Shown here piece by piece: positions 1 through 11,620 of a stretch of 64,000 bases of DNA. Positions within the stretch are counted from its first letter, which is position 1; each line of letters opens with the position of its first letter. The notes under the pieces were generated by a model, which was not told the origin of the DNA, made no database searches, and saw only the letters and a program-made list of their open reading frames with translations. This DNA is from Candidatus Sulfotelmatobacter sp. (GTDB taxonomy: Bacteria; Eisenbacteria; RBG-16-71-46). The DNA lies in contig DATKAB010000053.1 in assembly GCA_035498555.1 (NCBI GenBank), forward strand, positions 62,608 through 126,607, written 5' to 3'. Made by a program: the position numbers and the translations under genes.

Positions 1-969
1 ATGCTGGCGCTGCTGGAAGAGCGCCATCTTCCCATCGCCGCATTGAGCCTCTTCGCGAGCCCCCGCTCCGCGGGCCGGCACCTCACCTTCCGCGGCCAGC
101 CCGTGCCGGTGCGCACGCTCGACGAGGGCGCGTTCTCGGGGCTCGATCTGGTGCTGTTCGCGGCCGGCAACCCGGTGAGCGAGCGCTGGGCCCCCGAGGC
201 GGTTCGCGCCGGGGCGAGGGTCGTGGACAACAGCAGCGCGTTTCGCTATCGGGACGAGATCCCGCTGGTGGTGCCGGAAATCAACGGCCGGTTGCTGGAC
301 CCGCTTCCCGAGCTGGTCGCGAATCCCAACTGCTCGACGGTCGCGATCGCGCTGGCGCTGGCGCCGCTGGCCACGGTGGTGCCGCTCGAGCGTTTGTGGG
401 TGGCCACCTATCAGGCGGTGTCCGGTGCCGGCAGTCGCGCGATCGAGGAGCTGGAGAGCGGCGTACAGGCCGGCCTCACCGGAACTCCGCCGCTCCGTTC
501 GGGCGGCGAGCCGCCGTTCGCGTTCAACGTCGTGCCGCACATCTCGACCTTCGAGGACAACGGCTACACGCGCGAGGAAATGAAGATCGTCTGGGAGTCG
601 AGAAAGATCCTCAATCTGCCGGACCTCAAGGTGAGCGCGACCGCGGTGCGCGTGCCGGTGCGGGTCGGCCACAGCGCCGCCGTGCATGCCGTGTTCGCCC
701 GCCCCATCAGCCCGGACGAAGCGCGGGCGGCGTGGCGCACGTTCCCGGGCCTCGAAGTCGTCGACGATCCGGCGCGCGGACGGTATCCGACCCCGCTCCA
801 GGCGGCCGGGCGCGACGCGGTGCTGGTGGGACGGGTGCGCCGGGATCTCTCCGAGCCGCGAGCGCTCGAGTTCTTCGTGGCCTCGGACAATCTTCGCAAG
901 GGGGCCGCGCTCAACGCGGTCCAGATTGCCGAAGCCCTGCTCGATCGCGAAGCGGCGACGCGCCGATGA
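1..969 (+). CDS. asd: aspartate-semialdehyde dehydrogenase (5' partial at window edge)
   Basis: Translation has the Asd hallmarks (NPNCSTV active-site Cys region, C-terminal RVPV..GHS motif); the ORF runs from the window start with no start codon. Confidence 0.85.
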   Translation: MLALLEERHLPIAALSLFASPRSAGRHLTFRGQPVPVRTLDEGAFSGLDLVLFAAGNPVSERWAPEAVRAGARVVDNSSAFRYRDEIPLVVPEINGRLLDPLPELVANPNCSTVAIALALAPLATVVPLERLWVATYQAVSGAGSRAIEELESGVQAGLTGTPPLRSGGEPPFAFNVVPHISTFEDNGYTREEMKIVWESRKILNLPDLKVSATAVRVPVRVGHSAAVHAVFARPISPDEARAAWRTFPGLEVVDDPARGRYPTPLQAAGRDAVLVGRVRRDLSEPRALEFFVASDNLRKGAALNAVQIAEALLDREAATRR

Positions 970-1697
970 GATCTTCCGAGCACGCGCGGCGCCAGATCGC
1001 CCCGCTGCTGCTGGGCTCGCTGCTCGGATCGCTGGTGGCGGCCCACGTCGCGGTGGGAGTGGGCTGCCTCGCGCTCTCGACGGGCGCCGCGATCGCCGCC
1101 GGGGCCGTGCGGCCGTCATGGGGTTGGTGGCGGGCGCTGCTGATCGCGGCCGGCATCGCGATTCTCCTCAACACCTACCTGGTGGCCGGGGCGACGCTGC
1201 CGTGGCCGCGCGTATTCGGCGCGCCGGCGACGCTCGAAGGTCTCCGCCAGGGGTTGCTGTTCGCGCTTCGGCTCACCGGCGCCGCGGTCGCGCTTCACGG
1301 CCTTCGCGCCGCGTGGCCGGGCGAGCGGGCGGTGGACGAGCTGGCCTCGCGGCTTCGCTGGCTCGAGTCCCTGCGCGTGCCGGTGCGGCGCGCGCGCGCC
1401 ACCATCGAGCTCGCGCTGCGCTTCGCGCCGCTGCTGGCCGAGGAGGCGCGACGCATCTCGAAGCTCCAGACCCTGCGGGCCGGCCGCCCGCCGCGCTCGC
1501 TGGCGGAGCGTGTGACTCGCGCCCGCGCAGTGGCGGTGCCGGCGCTGGTGGCGTCGCTCGAGCGCGCCGATCAGGTGGCGCTCGCGCTCGAGGCTCGCCA
1601 CTATCGCATGAAGCAGGTGACGCGCACGCCGGCCGCGGGCTGGCTGTGGCGCGGCGCCGGACTGGCCGTGGCGGGAGTGGGACTCCTGTGGCGATAG
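966..1697 (+). CDS. CbiQ/EcfT-family transmembrane protein (putative ECF transporter T component)
   Basis: ATG at 966 overlaps the asd stop (ATGA). The 243-aa product is hydrophobic and multi-pass, with a C-terminal ALALEAR motif resembling the EcfT coupling helix. The N-terminal 190 aa of ORF 396..1697 lie over asd in another frame and are taken as artefact. Confidence 0.4.
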   Translation: MRSSEHARRQIAPLLLGSLLGSLVAAHVAVGVGCLALSTGAAIAAGAVRPSWGWWRALLIAAGIAILLNTYLVAGATLPWPRVFGAPATLEGLRQGLLFALRLTGAAVALHGLRAAWPGERAVDELASRLRWLESLRVPVRRARATIELALRFAPLLAEEARRISKLQTLRAGRPPRSLAERVTRARAVAVPALVASLERADQVALALEARHYRMKQVTRTPAAGWLWRGAGLAVAGVGLLWR

Positions 1698-1710
1698 CGT
1701 CCCACGGAAC

Positions 1711-2456
1711 GTGAGGATCGTGCGCATCGTGCTGGCCTACGACGGAACGGAATTCCATGGATGGCAGCGCCAGCCGGGCCAGCGCACGGTTCAGGGGGTG
1801 CTGGAAGAAGCCCTCTCCCATGTGCTGTCGGAGCGGGTCGAAGTGGCGGGTGCCGGACGCACCGACGCCGGGGTGCACGCGCGCGGCCAGAGCGCCTCCT
1901 TCGCGACTTCGTCCCGGCTGCCGGCGCGCGCCTTCGCCCCGGTGCTCGACCGCGAGCTGCCGGAGGACGTTCGCGTGATTCGCGCCGAGGATCGGGAAGA
2001 GGGTTTCCACGCGCGCCATGACGCCACCGGCCGGCGCTACGCCTACCGACTGCTCGATCGTGAGGACGTCCTGTGGAGCCGCTTCGCCTGGCAGCCCGGG
2101 GTACCCGTCGACGCCCCGGCGCTCGACCGGGCCACACGGGCGCTGGAGGGTCGTCACGATTGCCGCTCATTCGAGTCGTCGGGAAGCCCGTCGCGAAACC
2201 TGGAATGCCGCATCGATCGCGCGCGCTGGACGCGCTGGGAAGGTGGCCTGCGACTCGACGTGGTCGCGGATCACTTTCTCTATCACATGGTGCGCACGCT
2301 GGTCGGCACGGCGCTGGCGGCGTCCACGACTTCCGATCCCGCCGGCGAGATGCGCGCGGTGCTCGAGGCTCGCGATCGCGCGCGCGCCGGAGTCACCGCG
2401 CCGCCCCAGGGATTGTGCCTCGAGGAAGTCTTCTACGGATCCCGGGGAGCCGCGGA

Positions 2457-2460
<4 letters not shown>
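1711..2460 (+). CDS. truA: tRNA pseudouridine(38-40) synthase TruA
   Basis: N-terminus IVLAYDGTEFHGWQRQPG and the GAGRTDAGVHA catalytic Asp motif are canonical TruA. Confidence 0.85.
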
Positions 2461-3595
<1,135 letters not shown>

Positions 3596-3599
<4 letters not shown>

Positions 3600-4894
3600 T
3601 CGAACGCTATTCGCGGCCCGAGATGCGCCGGATCTGGACCGACGCGCACCGGCTCGAGCTCTGGCTCGAGGTCGAGCTCGCGGTCACCGGCGTTCGCGAG
3701 ACGCGCGGCGAGGTCCCGGCCGGCACCGTCGCCGGGATCCGCGCGCGCGCGCGTCTCGACGCGGCCCGCATGCAGGCGATCGAAGCCGAAGTCCATCACG
3801 ACGTCATCGCGTTCCTCACCATGCTCGCCGAATCCGCGGGCGATGGAGCGCGCCACCTCCACGCCGGGCTCACGTCGTCGGATCTGGTGGACACCGCGCT
3901 CGCCCTCCAGCTCCAGGAGGCATCACGGCAGGTCTCGAGCGGGCTCGCGGCGTTGCGCGGCACCTGCTGGAATCTGGCTCAGCGCCATCGCCACACCGCG
4001 ATGGCGGGGCGTACCCACGGCATCCACGCCGAGCCGATCAGTTTCGGACTCAAGTGCCTGGTGTGGAGCGAAGAGCTGGGCCGCTCCGAGCGCCGGCTCG
4101 GCGCGGCGGCGCGCGACCTCGCAGTCGGCAAGTTTTCGGGCGCGGTCGGCACCCTCGCCCATCTCGAGCCCGCGATCGAGGAGCAGGCGTTGGCCAAGCT
4201 CGGGCTCGAGCCCGAGCCGGTTGCGAATCAGGTGGTGCAGCGCGATCGTCATGCGGCGTTGCTGGCGACGTTCGCGGTGCTGGCCGGTACGCTCGAGAAG
4301 ATCGCCACCGAGATCCGCCACCTGCAGCGCTCGGAAGTGCGCGAGGCGGCGGAGCCGTTCGGAGCGGGACAGAAGGGCTCATCGGCGATGCCGCACAAGA
4401 GGAATCCGGTGCGCAGCGAGCGCATCGCCGGGCTGGCCCGTCTGGTGCGCGGGTACGCCATGGTGGGATTCGAGAATCAGCCGCTCTGGCACGAGCGCGA
4501 CATCAGCCACTCGTCGGCCGAGCGCGTGATCCTTCCCGATGCCTTCGAGGTGGTGGACTTCATGCTCGCCGAGCTCGACGACATCCTGTCTCGGCTGGTG
4601 GTGGACGAGCGGCGGATGCGCGCCAATCTCGAGGCCGGCGGCGGCCTGGTGTATTCGCAGCGCGTGCTGCTGGCGCTCACCGATCACGGCCTGCCGCGCG
4701 ACGAAGCCTATCGAATCGTGCAGCAACACGCGCTGGCCGCGCTGGATGGCGGCCCGGCGTTCCGCGAGGCGTTGTCGCGCGACCCCGCGGTGCGTGCGCG
4801 GCTCTCGAGCGAAGAACTGGAAGCGTGCTTCACGTTCGAACCGTTCTTCCGCCACCTCGATGCGCTCTACGCGCGCGCCGCGGCCCCGCGATGA
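3596..4894 (+). CDS. purB: adenylosuccinate lyase
   Basis: GTG start gives MIERYSRPEM, the canonical PurB N-terminus; the fumarate-lyase signature GSSAMPHKRNP is present. The start overlaps the htrA stop (GTGA). Confidence 0.9.
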
Positions 4895-7239
4895 CGCTCG
4901 GGCTCGAGAGTCACGGGTGGACACTCGAGGAGGCGCGCGACCCGGCGGCGGTATCGGCGCGACTCCAGGGGCGCGGGGTTCGCCTCGAGCCCGAGGAAGT
5001 GGTGCTGCTCTCGAGCCTGCTCGGCCGCGCCCCGAGCTGGGCGGAGGCGGTGCTGTTCGGAATCCTGTGGAGCGAACACTGTTCCTACAAGTCCACGCGG
5101 CACCTGCTGCGACGGCTGCCCACTCAGGCGCCGCAGGTGATCCTCGGGCCGGGCGAGGACGCCGGCGTGGTGGCGCTGCCCGCGCCCTGCGAGGACCTGG
5201 CGCTGGTGCTGGCGCACGAGAGCCACAATCACCCCAGCCAGGTGCTGCCGGTGGAAGGCGCGGCGACCGGCGTCGGGGGCATCGTCCGGGACGTTGGCTG
5301 CATGGGCGCCCAGGTCATCGGCGTGCTCGATTCGTTGCGCTTCGGCGATCCGCGCGGCGAGGTTCACGTGCGCGACGTGGTGCGGGGTGCGGTGCAGGGC
5401 ATCGCCGACTACGGCAACGCGCTCGGCGTCCCGAATCTGGGTGGCGACGTAGTGTTCGACGGCGGCTTCGACCGGAACTGCCTGGTCAACGTCATGGCGC
5501 TCGGACTGGCGCCGCGCGACGGCGTGCTGCGCAGCCGGGTTCCCGAGGGTCCCGGGCCGTGGAGCTTCGTGCTGATCGGCAAGCCCACCGACGAGAGTGG
5601 CTTTGGCGGCGCCTCGTTCGCCTCCGGCGAGCTGGGCCAGAGCGATCAGCGCGGCGCCGTCCAGCTCCCCGATCCGTTTCTGAAGCGCGTATTGCACGTC
5701 GCCAACGACGCCGCCTTCCAGCGCATCCGCTCGCGTGGCATCCCGGTCGGGTTCAAGGATCTCGGCGCGGGCGGGGTGGCCTGCGCGACCAGCGAGCTCG
5801 CCGCCGCCGGCGGCCGCGGCGCTCACATTCGCCTCGACGAGGTTCACGTGGTGGGGCGCCGGCTTCCGCCTGAAGTGCTGCTGTGCGCCGAGACGCAGGA
5901 GCGCTATTGCTGGGTGGTGCCGCAGAGCTTCGCCGCCGAGCTGTGCGATCTCTACAACCGCGAGTTCGATCTTCCGCGCATGTTCCCGGGCGCCGGCGCG
6001 CGCGAGATCGGGGTCGCCACCGACGACGGACGCTACCGGGTGACCTGGCGCGGCGAGCCGCTGGTGGACTGCGCGGTGGAAGCCATCACCACCGGACGCC
6101 GGGTGCAGCGCCCGGCCCGGCGGCGCGCGCCGCGGCGCCCGCGCTTGCCGCGCCGACGCGGGCCGGCGGTGCGCGGCGCGCTGCTGCGCCTGCTGCGCGG
6201 CGTCCACCTCGGCTCGCGCGAATACCTGTTCCGCCACTACGACAGCGAGGTGCAGGGCCGCACCTGGCTTCGCCCCGGTGAAGGGGATGCCGCGGTAATC
6301 CGGGTCGCCCCCGATCGCGCGCTCGGCGTCGCGGTCGCGGTGGGAGGCAATCCGTTCTGGTGCGGGAGCGATCCCGAGCTCGGGGCGCGCCATGCGGTCG
6401 CCGAGGCGGCCCGCAACGTCGCGTGCGTGGGCGGGCGGCCGTGGGCGCTCACCGACTGCCTCAACTTCGGACATCCCGAGAATCCGGAAGTGATGGGCGA
6501 TTTGGAGGCGACGCTCGAAGGACTGGCGGTGGCGGCCGAGAAGCTCGGCGGCCTGGCCGCCGCGGGCCATCCGCTGCCCTACGTGAGCGGCAATGTCAGC
6601 CTCTACAACCAGTCGGGCGATCGGGCGATTCCGGCCTCGCCGATCGTGATGTGCGCGGGTGTGCTCTCGAGCGTCGCGCACGCGGTCGGCCAGGGCTGGC
6701 GGCGTCCGGGAGACTTCCTGGTGTTCGTTGGGGAACCGCGCGACGATCTCAGCGGCTCGAGCTTCGCGCGCGAGCTGCTGGGCCACAAGGGCGGCGCGCC
6801 GCCCTCGCTCGATCTCGAACGCGAGGCGCGGCTGCAGGAGCTGGCGGTGCGCGCCGCCGAGGGCCGCTGGGTGAGCGCCGCACACGACGTGTCGGATGGC
6901 GGGCTGCTGGTCGCGCTGGTCGAGATGATGCTGGCCGGCCCCGCGGATCGAGCGCTGGGCGGCGACGTGGATTTCGGCTCGCTCGAGGCGGAGCCGCTGC
7001 CCGCGCTGTTCAGCGAGCAGCCGGGCATCGTGTTCGCCGTGCGCCCCGAACGCGCCACGCGCCTCTTCCAGGCGGCGCGCGAACGCTCGCTGCTGGCCTG
7101 GCCGCTGGGGAGCGTCGCGGCGCACGGCCGCCTGCGCGTTCGGCTGCCGGAGGGCGGGCGCGAGGCATGGAGCCGCGACGAGCTCGAGGCCGCGGTGCAT
7201 CGCGCCCTGCCGCGGCTGTGGAACGAGGAGTCGCTGTGA
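4891..7239 (+). CDS. purL: phosphoribosylformylglycinamidine synthase subunit PurL (small PurL, 782 aa)
   Basis: Internal ATG at residue 280 of ORF 4054..7239 overlaps the purB stop (ATGA). Has the AIR-synthase-related domains (HESHNHPS) characteristic of PurL. Confidence 0.9.
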   Translation: MTLGLESHGWTLEEARDPAAVSARLQGRGVRLEPEEVVLLSSLLGRAPSWAEAVLFGILWSEHCSYKSTRHLLRRLPTQAPQVILGPGEDAGVVALPAPCEDLALVLAHESHNHPSQVLPVEGAATGVGGIVRDVGCMGAQVIGVLDSLRFGDPRGEVHVRDVVRGAVQGIADYGNALGVPNLGGDVVFDGGFDRNCLVNVMALGLAPRDGVLRSRVPEGPGPWSFVLIGKPTDESGFGGASFASGELGQSDQRGAVQLPDPFLKRVLHVANDAAFQRIRSRGIPVGFKDLGAGGVACATSELAAAGGRGAHIRLDEVHVVGRRLPPEVLLCAETQERYCWVVPQSFAAELCDLYNREFDLPRMFPGAGAREIGVATDDGRYRVTWRGEPLVDCAVEAITTGRRVQRPARRRAPRRPRLPRRRGPAVRGALLRLLRGVHLGSREYLFRHYDSEVQGRTWLRPGEGDAAVIRVAPDRALGVAVAVGGNPFWCGSDPELGARHAVAEAARNVACVGGRPWALTDCLNFGHPENPEVMGDLEATLEGLAVAAEKLGGLAAAGHPLPYVSGNVSLYNQSGDRAIPASPIVMCAGVLSSVAHAVGQGWRRPGDFLVFVGEPRDDLSGSSFARELLGHKGGAPPSLDLEREARLQELAVRAAEGRWVSAAHDVSDGGLLVALVEMMLAGPADRALGGDVDFGSLEAEPLPALFSEQPGIVFAVRPERATRLFQAARERSLLAWPLGSVAAHGRLRVRLPEGGREAWSRDELEAAVHRALPRLWNEESL

Positions 7240-8051
7240 GCGCACGCGTGGCGGTGGTGCAGATTCCCGGCACCAACTGCGAAGCGGAAAGCGTGCGCGC
7301 GCTCGAGCGCGTGGGACTTTCCGCCCAGGTGCATCCGTGGTCGCTGCCGGCGGATCGCCTGCGCGACTATCAGGCATTCGTGCTGCCCGGAGGTTTCGCC
7401 TATCAGGATCGCGTGCGCGCCGGCGCGCTGGCGGCCAAGGAGGCGAGCCTCGAGGTACTGGCCGAGGAAGCCGCGCGCGGCAAACCGGTGCTCGGCATCT
7501 GCAACGGCGCTCAGGTGCTGGTCGAGGCCGGCCTGGTGCCGAGCGAGGGGCCGGTCGAGCTGGCGCTGGCGCGCAACCGCATGAAACATCGGGTGGGTTA
7601 CTACGCCCGCTGGATCCACCTGCGCGTCGAGGAGAGCCCCTGCGTGTTCACGCGCTCGCTCGAGCCGGGAACCGTTCTGGCGATGCCGGTCGCTCACGGC
7701 GAAGGACGCTTCGCGTCGCGGAGCCCCGAGCGGCTCGCGGCGCTACTGCGCGGTGGACAGGTGCCGCTCCGCTACGCCTCGGCCGACGGCGGGCTCGCCG
7801 ACGATTTCCCGGACAATCCCAACGGCTCTCCTCACGCGATCGCGGCCGTCTGCAACCGCCGCGGCAACGTGCTGGCGCTGATGCCGCACCCCGAGCGCGC
7901 CCAGGATCTCGGCGGCCTGGGCCGCGAGGTCGGCGGCGCGTGGGGGGAACGCTACGATGCGTGGGCCGGCAGCGGCTCTCCCGACGCGGATGCCCGGGGG
8001 CCCGGGCTGGCTCTGTTCGAGGGACTGCGTCAGTATCTGGAGCGCGCATGA
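7236..8051 (+). CDS. purQ: phosphoribosylformylglycinamidine synthase subunit PurQ (glutaminase)
   Basis: GTG start overlaps the purL stop. N-terminus VAVVQIPGTNCE and the GICNGAQ catalytic-Cys motif identify a class-I glutamine amidotransferase PurQ. Confidence 0.85.
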   Translation: MSARVAVVQIPGTNCEAESVRALERVGLSAQVHPWSLPADRLRDYQAFVLPGGFAYQDRVRAGALAAKEASLEVLAEEAARGKPVLGICNGAQVLVEAGLVPSEGPVELALARNRMKHRVGYYARWIHLRVEESPCVFTRSLEPGTVLAMPVAHGEGRFASRSPERLAALLRGGQVPLRYASADGGLADDFPDNPNGSPHAIAAVCNRRGNVLALMPHPERAQDLGGLGREVGGAWGERYDAWAGSGSPDADARGPGLALFEGLRQYLERA

Positions 8052-8656
8052 CGGCGAGGACGGGACCGGCAGGAGTAACGCGGGAGGCGAGGCCGTCACG
8101 CACGGTCCAGGCGTGGATCGAGCCGATCGCCGACGATCCCGAGGCGCTGTCGGCGCTCGAGGTCGCACGCCGCACGCTCCCGGCGTCGCTTCGGCTGCGC
8201 TCGCTGCGGCGCATGCGGCTGATGGAAATCACCGGACCGCTGAAGGAAGGATGGGATGTGGGCGAACGGCTTCATGAATCCACGCAGTTCTACAACCCTC
8301 ACAAGGAGCGCGTGTTCCTGCGCCAGTCGACGGCCGACCTCACGCCGGGCTCCGCCGAGGAACGCCTGGTGCTGATCCGCGAGCGCGGAGGGGAGCGTCG
8401 CGCCGCGGCGGAGCGCTGGTGGCGTCATGTCACGGGTGATCCGGTGCAAGTTCGCGAGGCCACGGTGTGGCTGGTGACGCCGGAATCCGCCGAGACGGCG
8501 ACCGCGCTGCTCGGCGAGCTGGTCGAGCTGCGCGACCGTCATCACGGGTTGCTCTGCAATCCCCATTCGCAGGATCGCGAGCTCGCTTCGGCCACGGTGC
8601 CGGTGCCCTGGCTGGATCAGGCCCGGCCGGAGCGCGCGCGAAAGGGGAGACGATGA
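8048..8656 (+). CDS. hypothetical protein, possible atypical PurS-like FGAM synthase subunit
   Basis: 202-aa ORF with 4-nt overlaps to purQ upstream and purF downstream. The N-terminal half loosely resembles PurS (DPEALSALEVARRTL against the PurS DPQG..V..AL motif; LRRMRLMEI against VR.GK.IEL). No other PurS is present although PurL is the small type. Confidence 0.35.
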   Translation: MTARTGPAGVTREARPSRTVQAWIEPIADDPEALSALEVARRTLPASLRLRSLRRMRLMEITGPLKEGWDVGERLHESTQFYNPHKERVFLRQSTADLTPGSAEERLVLIRERGGERRAAAERWWRHVTGDPVQVREATVWLVTPESAETATALLGELVELRDRHHGLLCNPHSQDRELASATVPVPWLDQARPERARKGRR

Positions 8657-10098
8657 ACCGCGGCTGGTCGCCGGACAAGGTCTGGCGCGAGGAATGCGGG
8701 GTTTTCGCGGCGGTGGGCGTACCGCGCGCGGCGGAGGTGGTGTGCCTGGGGCTCCACGCGCTTCAGCATCGCGGCCAGGAATCGGCCGGCATCGTGGCCT
8801 GCGATGAGCGCGGCGAGTTCCACGCGCACCGGGGTCTGGGGCTGGTTTCCGACGTGTTCGGCGATGCCGAGGTCGCGCGGCTCCCCGGCTCGATGGGCAT
8901 CGGGCACAACCGCTATTCCACGACCGGGGCGCTGACCCGCGAGAACACCCAGCCGCTGATGGTGGTCTATCGCGGCGGGCCGCTGGCCCTCGCTCACAAC
9001 GGCAATCTGGTCAATTCGAGCGAGCTGCGGCGTTCGCTCGAGTCGGCCGGCTCGATCTTCCAGACCACGCTCGACACCGAGATCTTCCTGCACCTGATGG
9101 CGCTGTCGGGATCGGACGATCCCCAGGTGGCGTTGATCGAGGCCGCGAAGCAGGTGCGCGGCGCCTATTCGCTGGTCGTGCTGACGCGCGAGGCGGTGTT
9201 CGCGCTGCGCGACCCGCACGGATTCCGGCCGCTGTGCATCGGCAGGCTGGGCGATGGCTATGTGGTCGCGAGCGAGACCTGCGCGCTCGATCTGGTTGCG
9301 GCCGACTACGTGCGCGACGTCGCTGCCGGCGAGCTGGTGCGGATCGATCCGCACGGCATGCGCTCGATCCGGCCCTTCGAACCCCAGGAGCCGCTGCGCC
9401 AGTGCGTGTTCGAGCACATCTACTTCTCGCGCCCCGACAGCCGGGTGTTCGGCGTCACCGTGGATCGGGTGCGGCGCCGCATCGGACACCAGCTGGCGCG
9501 CGAGCACCCGGCCGCCGGCGACGTGGTGATCGCGGTGCCCGACTCGAGCAATTCGATCGCGCTCGGCTACAGCGAAGCCACCGGCATCCCCTTCGAGCTC
9601 GGCCTGATCCGCAATCACTACGTCGGTCGCACCTTCATCCAGCCGCAGCAGGCCGGCCGCGACTCGAGCGTTCGCGTGAAGTTCAATCCGGTGCGTGAGG
9701 TGCTGGCCGGGAAGCGCGTGGTGCTGGTGGACGATTCGATCGTGCGTGGCACCACCTCGCGCAAGCTGGTGCGCATGCTGCGGCGGAACGGCGCCGAAGC
9801 CGTGCACTTCCGGGTGGGTTCTCCGCCGGTGACGCATCCCTGCTTCTACGGGATCGACACGCCGAGTCGGCGCGAGCTGATCGCCGCGCTCAAGACTCCC
9901 GAGGAGATCCGCGAGTTCCTGGGCGCCGATTCGATCGGCTATCTCTCGCTCGAGGGACTGCTGGCCTGCGAGCAGGACGGCCAGCAGTTCTGCCGCGCCT
10001 GCTTCACCGGCAGGTATCCGGTCACGGTGGATCCCGGGGCGAGCAAACTGAGTCTCGAAGAGATCCACCGCCCGCTTCCCTTCCCCGAAAGGGTCTAG
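8653..10098 (+). CDS. purF: amidophosphoribosyltransferase
   Basis: N-terminal catalytic Cys context (ECGVFA), Ntn glutaminase domain, PRTase motif VVLVDDSIVRGTT and C-terminal Fe-S cysteines. Confidence 0.9.
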   Translation: MNRGWSPDKVWREECGVFAAVGVPRAAEVVCLGLHALQHRGQESAGIVACDERGEFHAHRGLGLVSDVFGDAEVARLPGSMGIGHNRYSTTGALTRENTQPLMVVYRGGPLALAHNGNLVNSSELRRSLESAGSIFQTTLDTEIFLHLMALSGSDDPQVALIEAAKQVRGAYSLVVLTREAVFALRDPHGFRPLCIGRLGDGYVVASETCALDLVAADYVRDVAAGELVRIDPHGMRSIRPFEPQEPLRQCVFEHIYFSRPDSRVFGVTVDRVRRRIGHQLAREHPAAGDVVIAVPDSSNSIALGYSEATGIPFELGLIRNHYVGRTFIQPQQAGRDSSVRVKFNPVREVLAGKRVVLVDDSIVRGTTSRKLVRMLRRNGAEAVHFRVGSPPVTHPCFYGIDTPSRRELIAALKTPEEIREFLGADSIGYLSLEGLLACEQDGQQFCRACFTGRYPVTVDPGASKLSLEEIHRPLPFPERV

Positions 10099-10102
10099 CC
10101 GA

Positions 10103-11620
10103 ATGTCGCTCGCCGAATTGATGCGGCAGAGGCAGGAGAAGCTCGAGCGCTGGCGGGCTCTGGGCGTGCCGCCCTATGCCTATCGTTTCGACGTCACGCA
10201 CGACGCCGCGCAGTGTCTGGCGCGCGGCGAGGCGGTGACCTCCGAGCCGGGCGAGCGCGTGCGCGTCGCCGGCCGGGTCATGGCGCTGCGCGGCCACGGC
10301 AAGGCGGGATTCGCGCACCTGCTCGACCGCTCCGGCAGGATCCAGCTCTACTTCCGCGCCGATCAGCTCGGCGAACAGTTCGCGCGATACGAGCTGCTCG
10401 ACGTCGGCGACTGGATCGGGGTGGAGGGCCCGCTGTTCCGCACCCGTACCGGCGAGATCACGGTGCGCGTCGACATGCTGGAACTGCTGGCCAAGTCCAT
10501 GCGCCCGCTGCCCGAGAAGTGGCACGGGCTGCGCGAGCCCGAAACCCGCTTCCGCCAGCGCTACGCCGACCTGTTCATGAACCTTGAGGTGCGCGAGGTG
10601 TTTCGGCGGCGCAGCGCCATGATCGCCGCGCTGCGCGACGGGCTGACCGCGCACGGCTACCTGGAGGTCGAGACGCCGGTGCTGCAGCCGCTCTACGGCG
10701 GCGCTTTCGCGCGGCCATTCGTGACCCGCCACCTCGCGCTCGACATGGATCTCTACCTGCGGATCTCCGACGAGCTCTATCTCAAGCGCCTGATTGTGGG
10801 CGGACTCGATCGCGTGTTCGAGTTCTCTCGCAACTTCCGCAACGAGGGCATGGATCGCTCGCACAACCCCGAGTTCACGATCCTCGAGTACTACCAGGCG
10901 TTCGCCGACGTCCACGACATGATGGCGCTGACCGAGGCCCTCGTCACTGACGCGATCCGCCGGGTGCGGGGCGGGACCGTGCTTCCTCACGACGGCGGCA
11001 CGCTCGACTTCACGCCGCCCTGGCCGCGGCTCTCGATGCTGGACGCGGTGAGCGAGAAGGTCGGGGAGCCGGTCCACGATCTCGACCGTTCGCGGCTCGA
11101 GCAGATCGCCGCGCGCCACGGGCTCGGCGCGCGTCCCGGCACCGGCGCCGGCGGGCTGCTGGACGAGCTGTTCGGCGAACTGGTGCAGCCGGGGCTCGTT
11201 CGCCCCACCTTCGTGATCGATCACCCGATCGAGATCTCGCCGCTCGCGAGGCCGAGCCGCACCCGGCCCGGAGTGGTCGAGCGCTTCGAGCTGTTCATCG
11301 CCGGGATGGAGCTGGCCAACGCCTTTTCCGAGCAGAACGACCCCGAAGCGCAGCGCGCCGCGTTCGAGGCGCAGGCGCAGCGCCGCGCGAGCGGCGACGA
11401 AGAGGCGCATCCCATGGACCTCGACTACCTGCGCGCGCTCGAGTACGGCATGCCGCCGACCGGCGGGGTCGGCATCGGCATCGATCGGCTGGCCATGCTG
11501 GTCACCGACCAGCGGTCGATCCGCGATGTGATCCTGTTCCCGCAGCTCCGGCCCGAGGAGGGCCGCGCCGAGCCTCACGACGAAGAGGAGGCCGAACCCT
11601 CCGAGGCGCCGTCGCGGTGA
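10103..11620 (+). CDS. lysS: lysine--tRNA ligase (class II)
   Basis: OB-fold anticodon-binding N-terminus plus class II motifs (FRNEG, GGVGIGIDRL). Confidence 0.9.
   Translation: MSLAELMRQRQEKLERWRALGVPPYAYRFDVTHDAAQCLARGEAVTSEPGERVRVAGRVMALRGHGKAGFAHLLDRSGRIQLYFRADQLGEQFARYELLDVGDWIGVEGPLFRTRTGEITVRVDMLELLAKSMRPLPEKWHGLREPETRFRQRYADLFMNLEVREVFRRRSAMIAALRDGLTAHGYLEVETPVLQPLYGGAFARPFVTRHLALDMDLYLRISDELYLKRLIVGGLDRVFEFSRNFRNEGMDRSHNPEFTILEYYQAFADVHDMMALTEALVTDAIRRVRGGTVLPHDGGTLDFTPPWPRLSMLDAVSEKVGEPVHDLDRSRLEQIAARHGLGARPGTGAGGLLDELFGELVQPGLVRPTFVIDHPIEISPLARPSRTRPGVVERFELFIAGMELANAFSEQNDPEAQRAAFEAQAQRRASGDEEAHPMDLDYLRALEYGMPPTGGVGIGIDRLAMLVTDQRSIRDVILFPQLRPEEGRAEPHDEEEAEPSEAPSR

Noticed and set aside
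4054-4890. N-terminal 279-aa extension of the 1061-aa ORF containing purL
   Set aside because: The extension lies over purB in a different frame. The ATGA junction at 4891 with a PurL-like N-terminus (MTLGLESHGW...) is the real start.
4867-7377. 836-aa ORF on the minus strand opposite purL
   Set aside because: Arg/Ala/Leu-rich low-complexity translation typical of an antisense frame in 70% GC DNA; the + strand encodes an unmistakable PurL with translational coupling to its neighbours.
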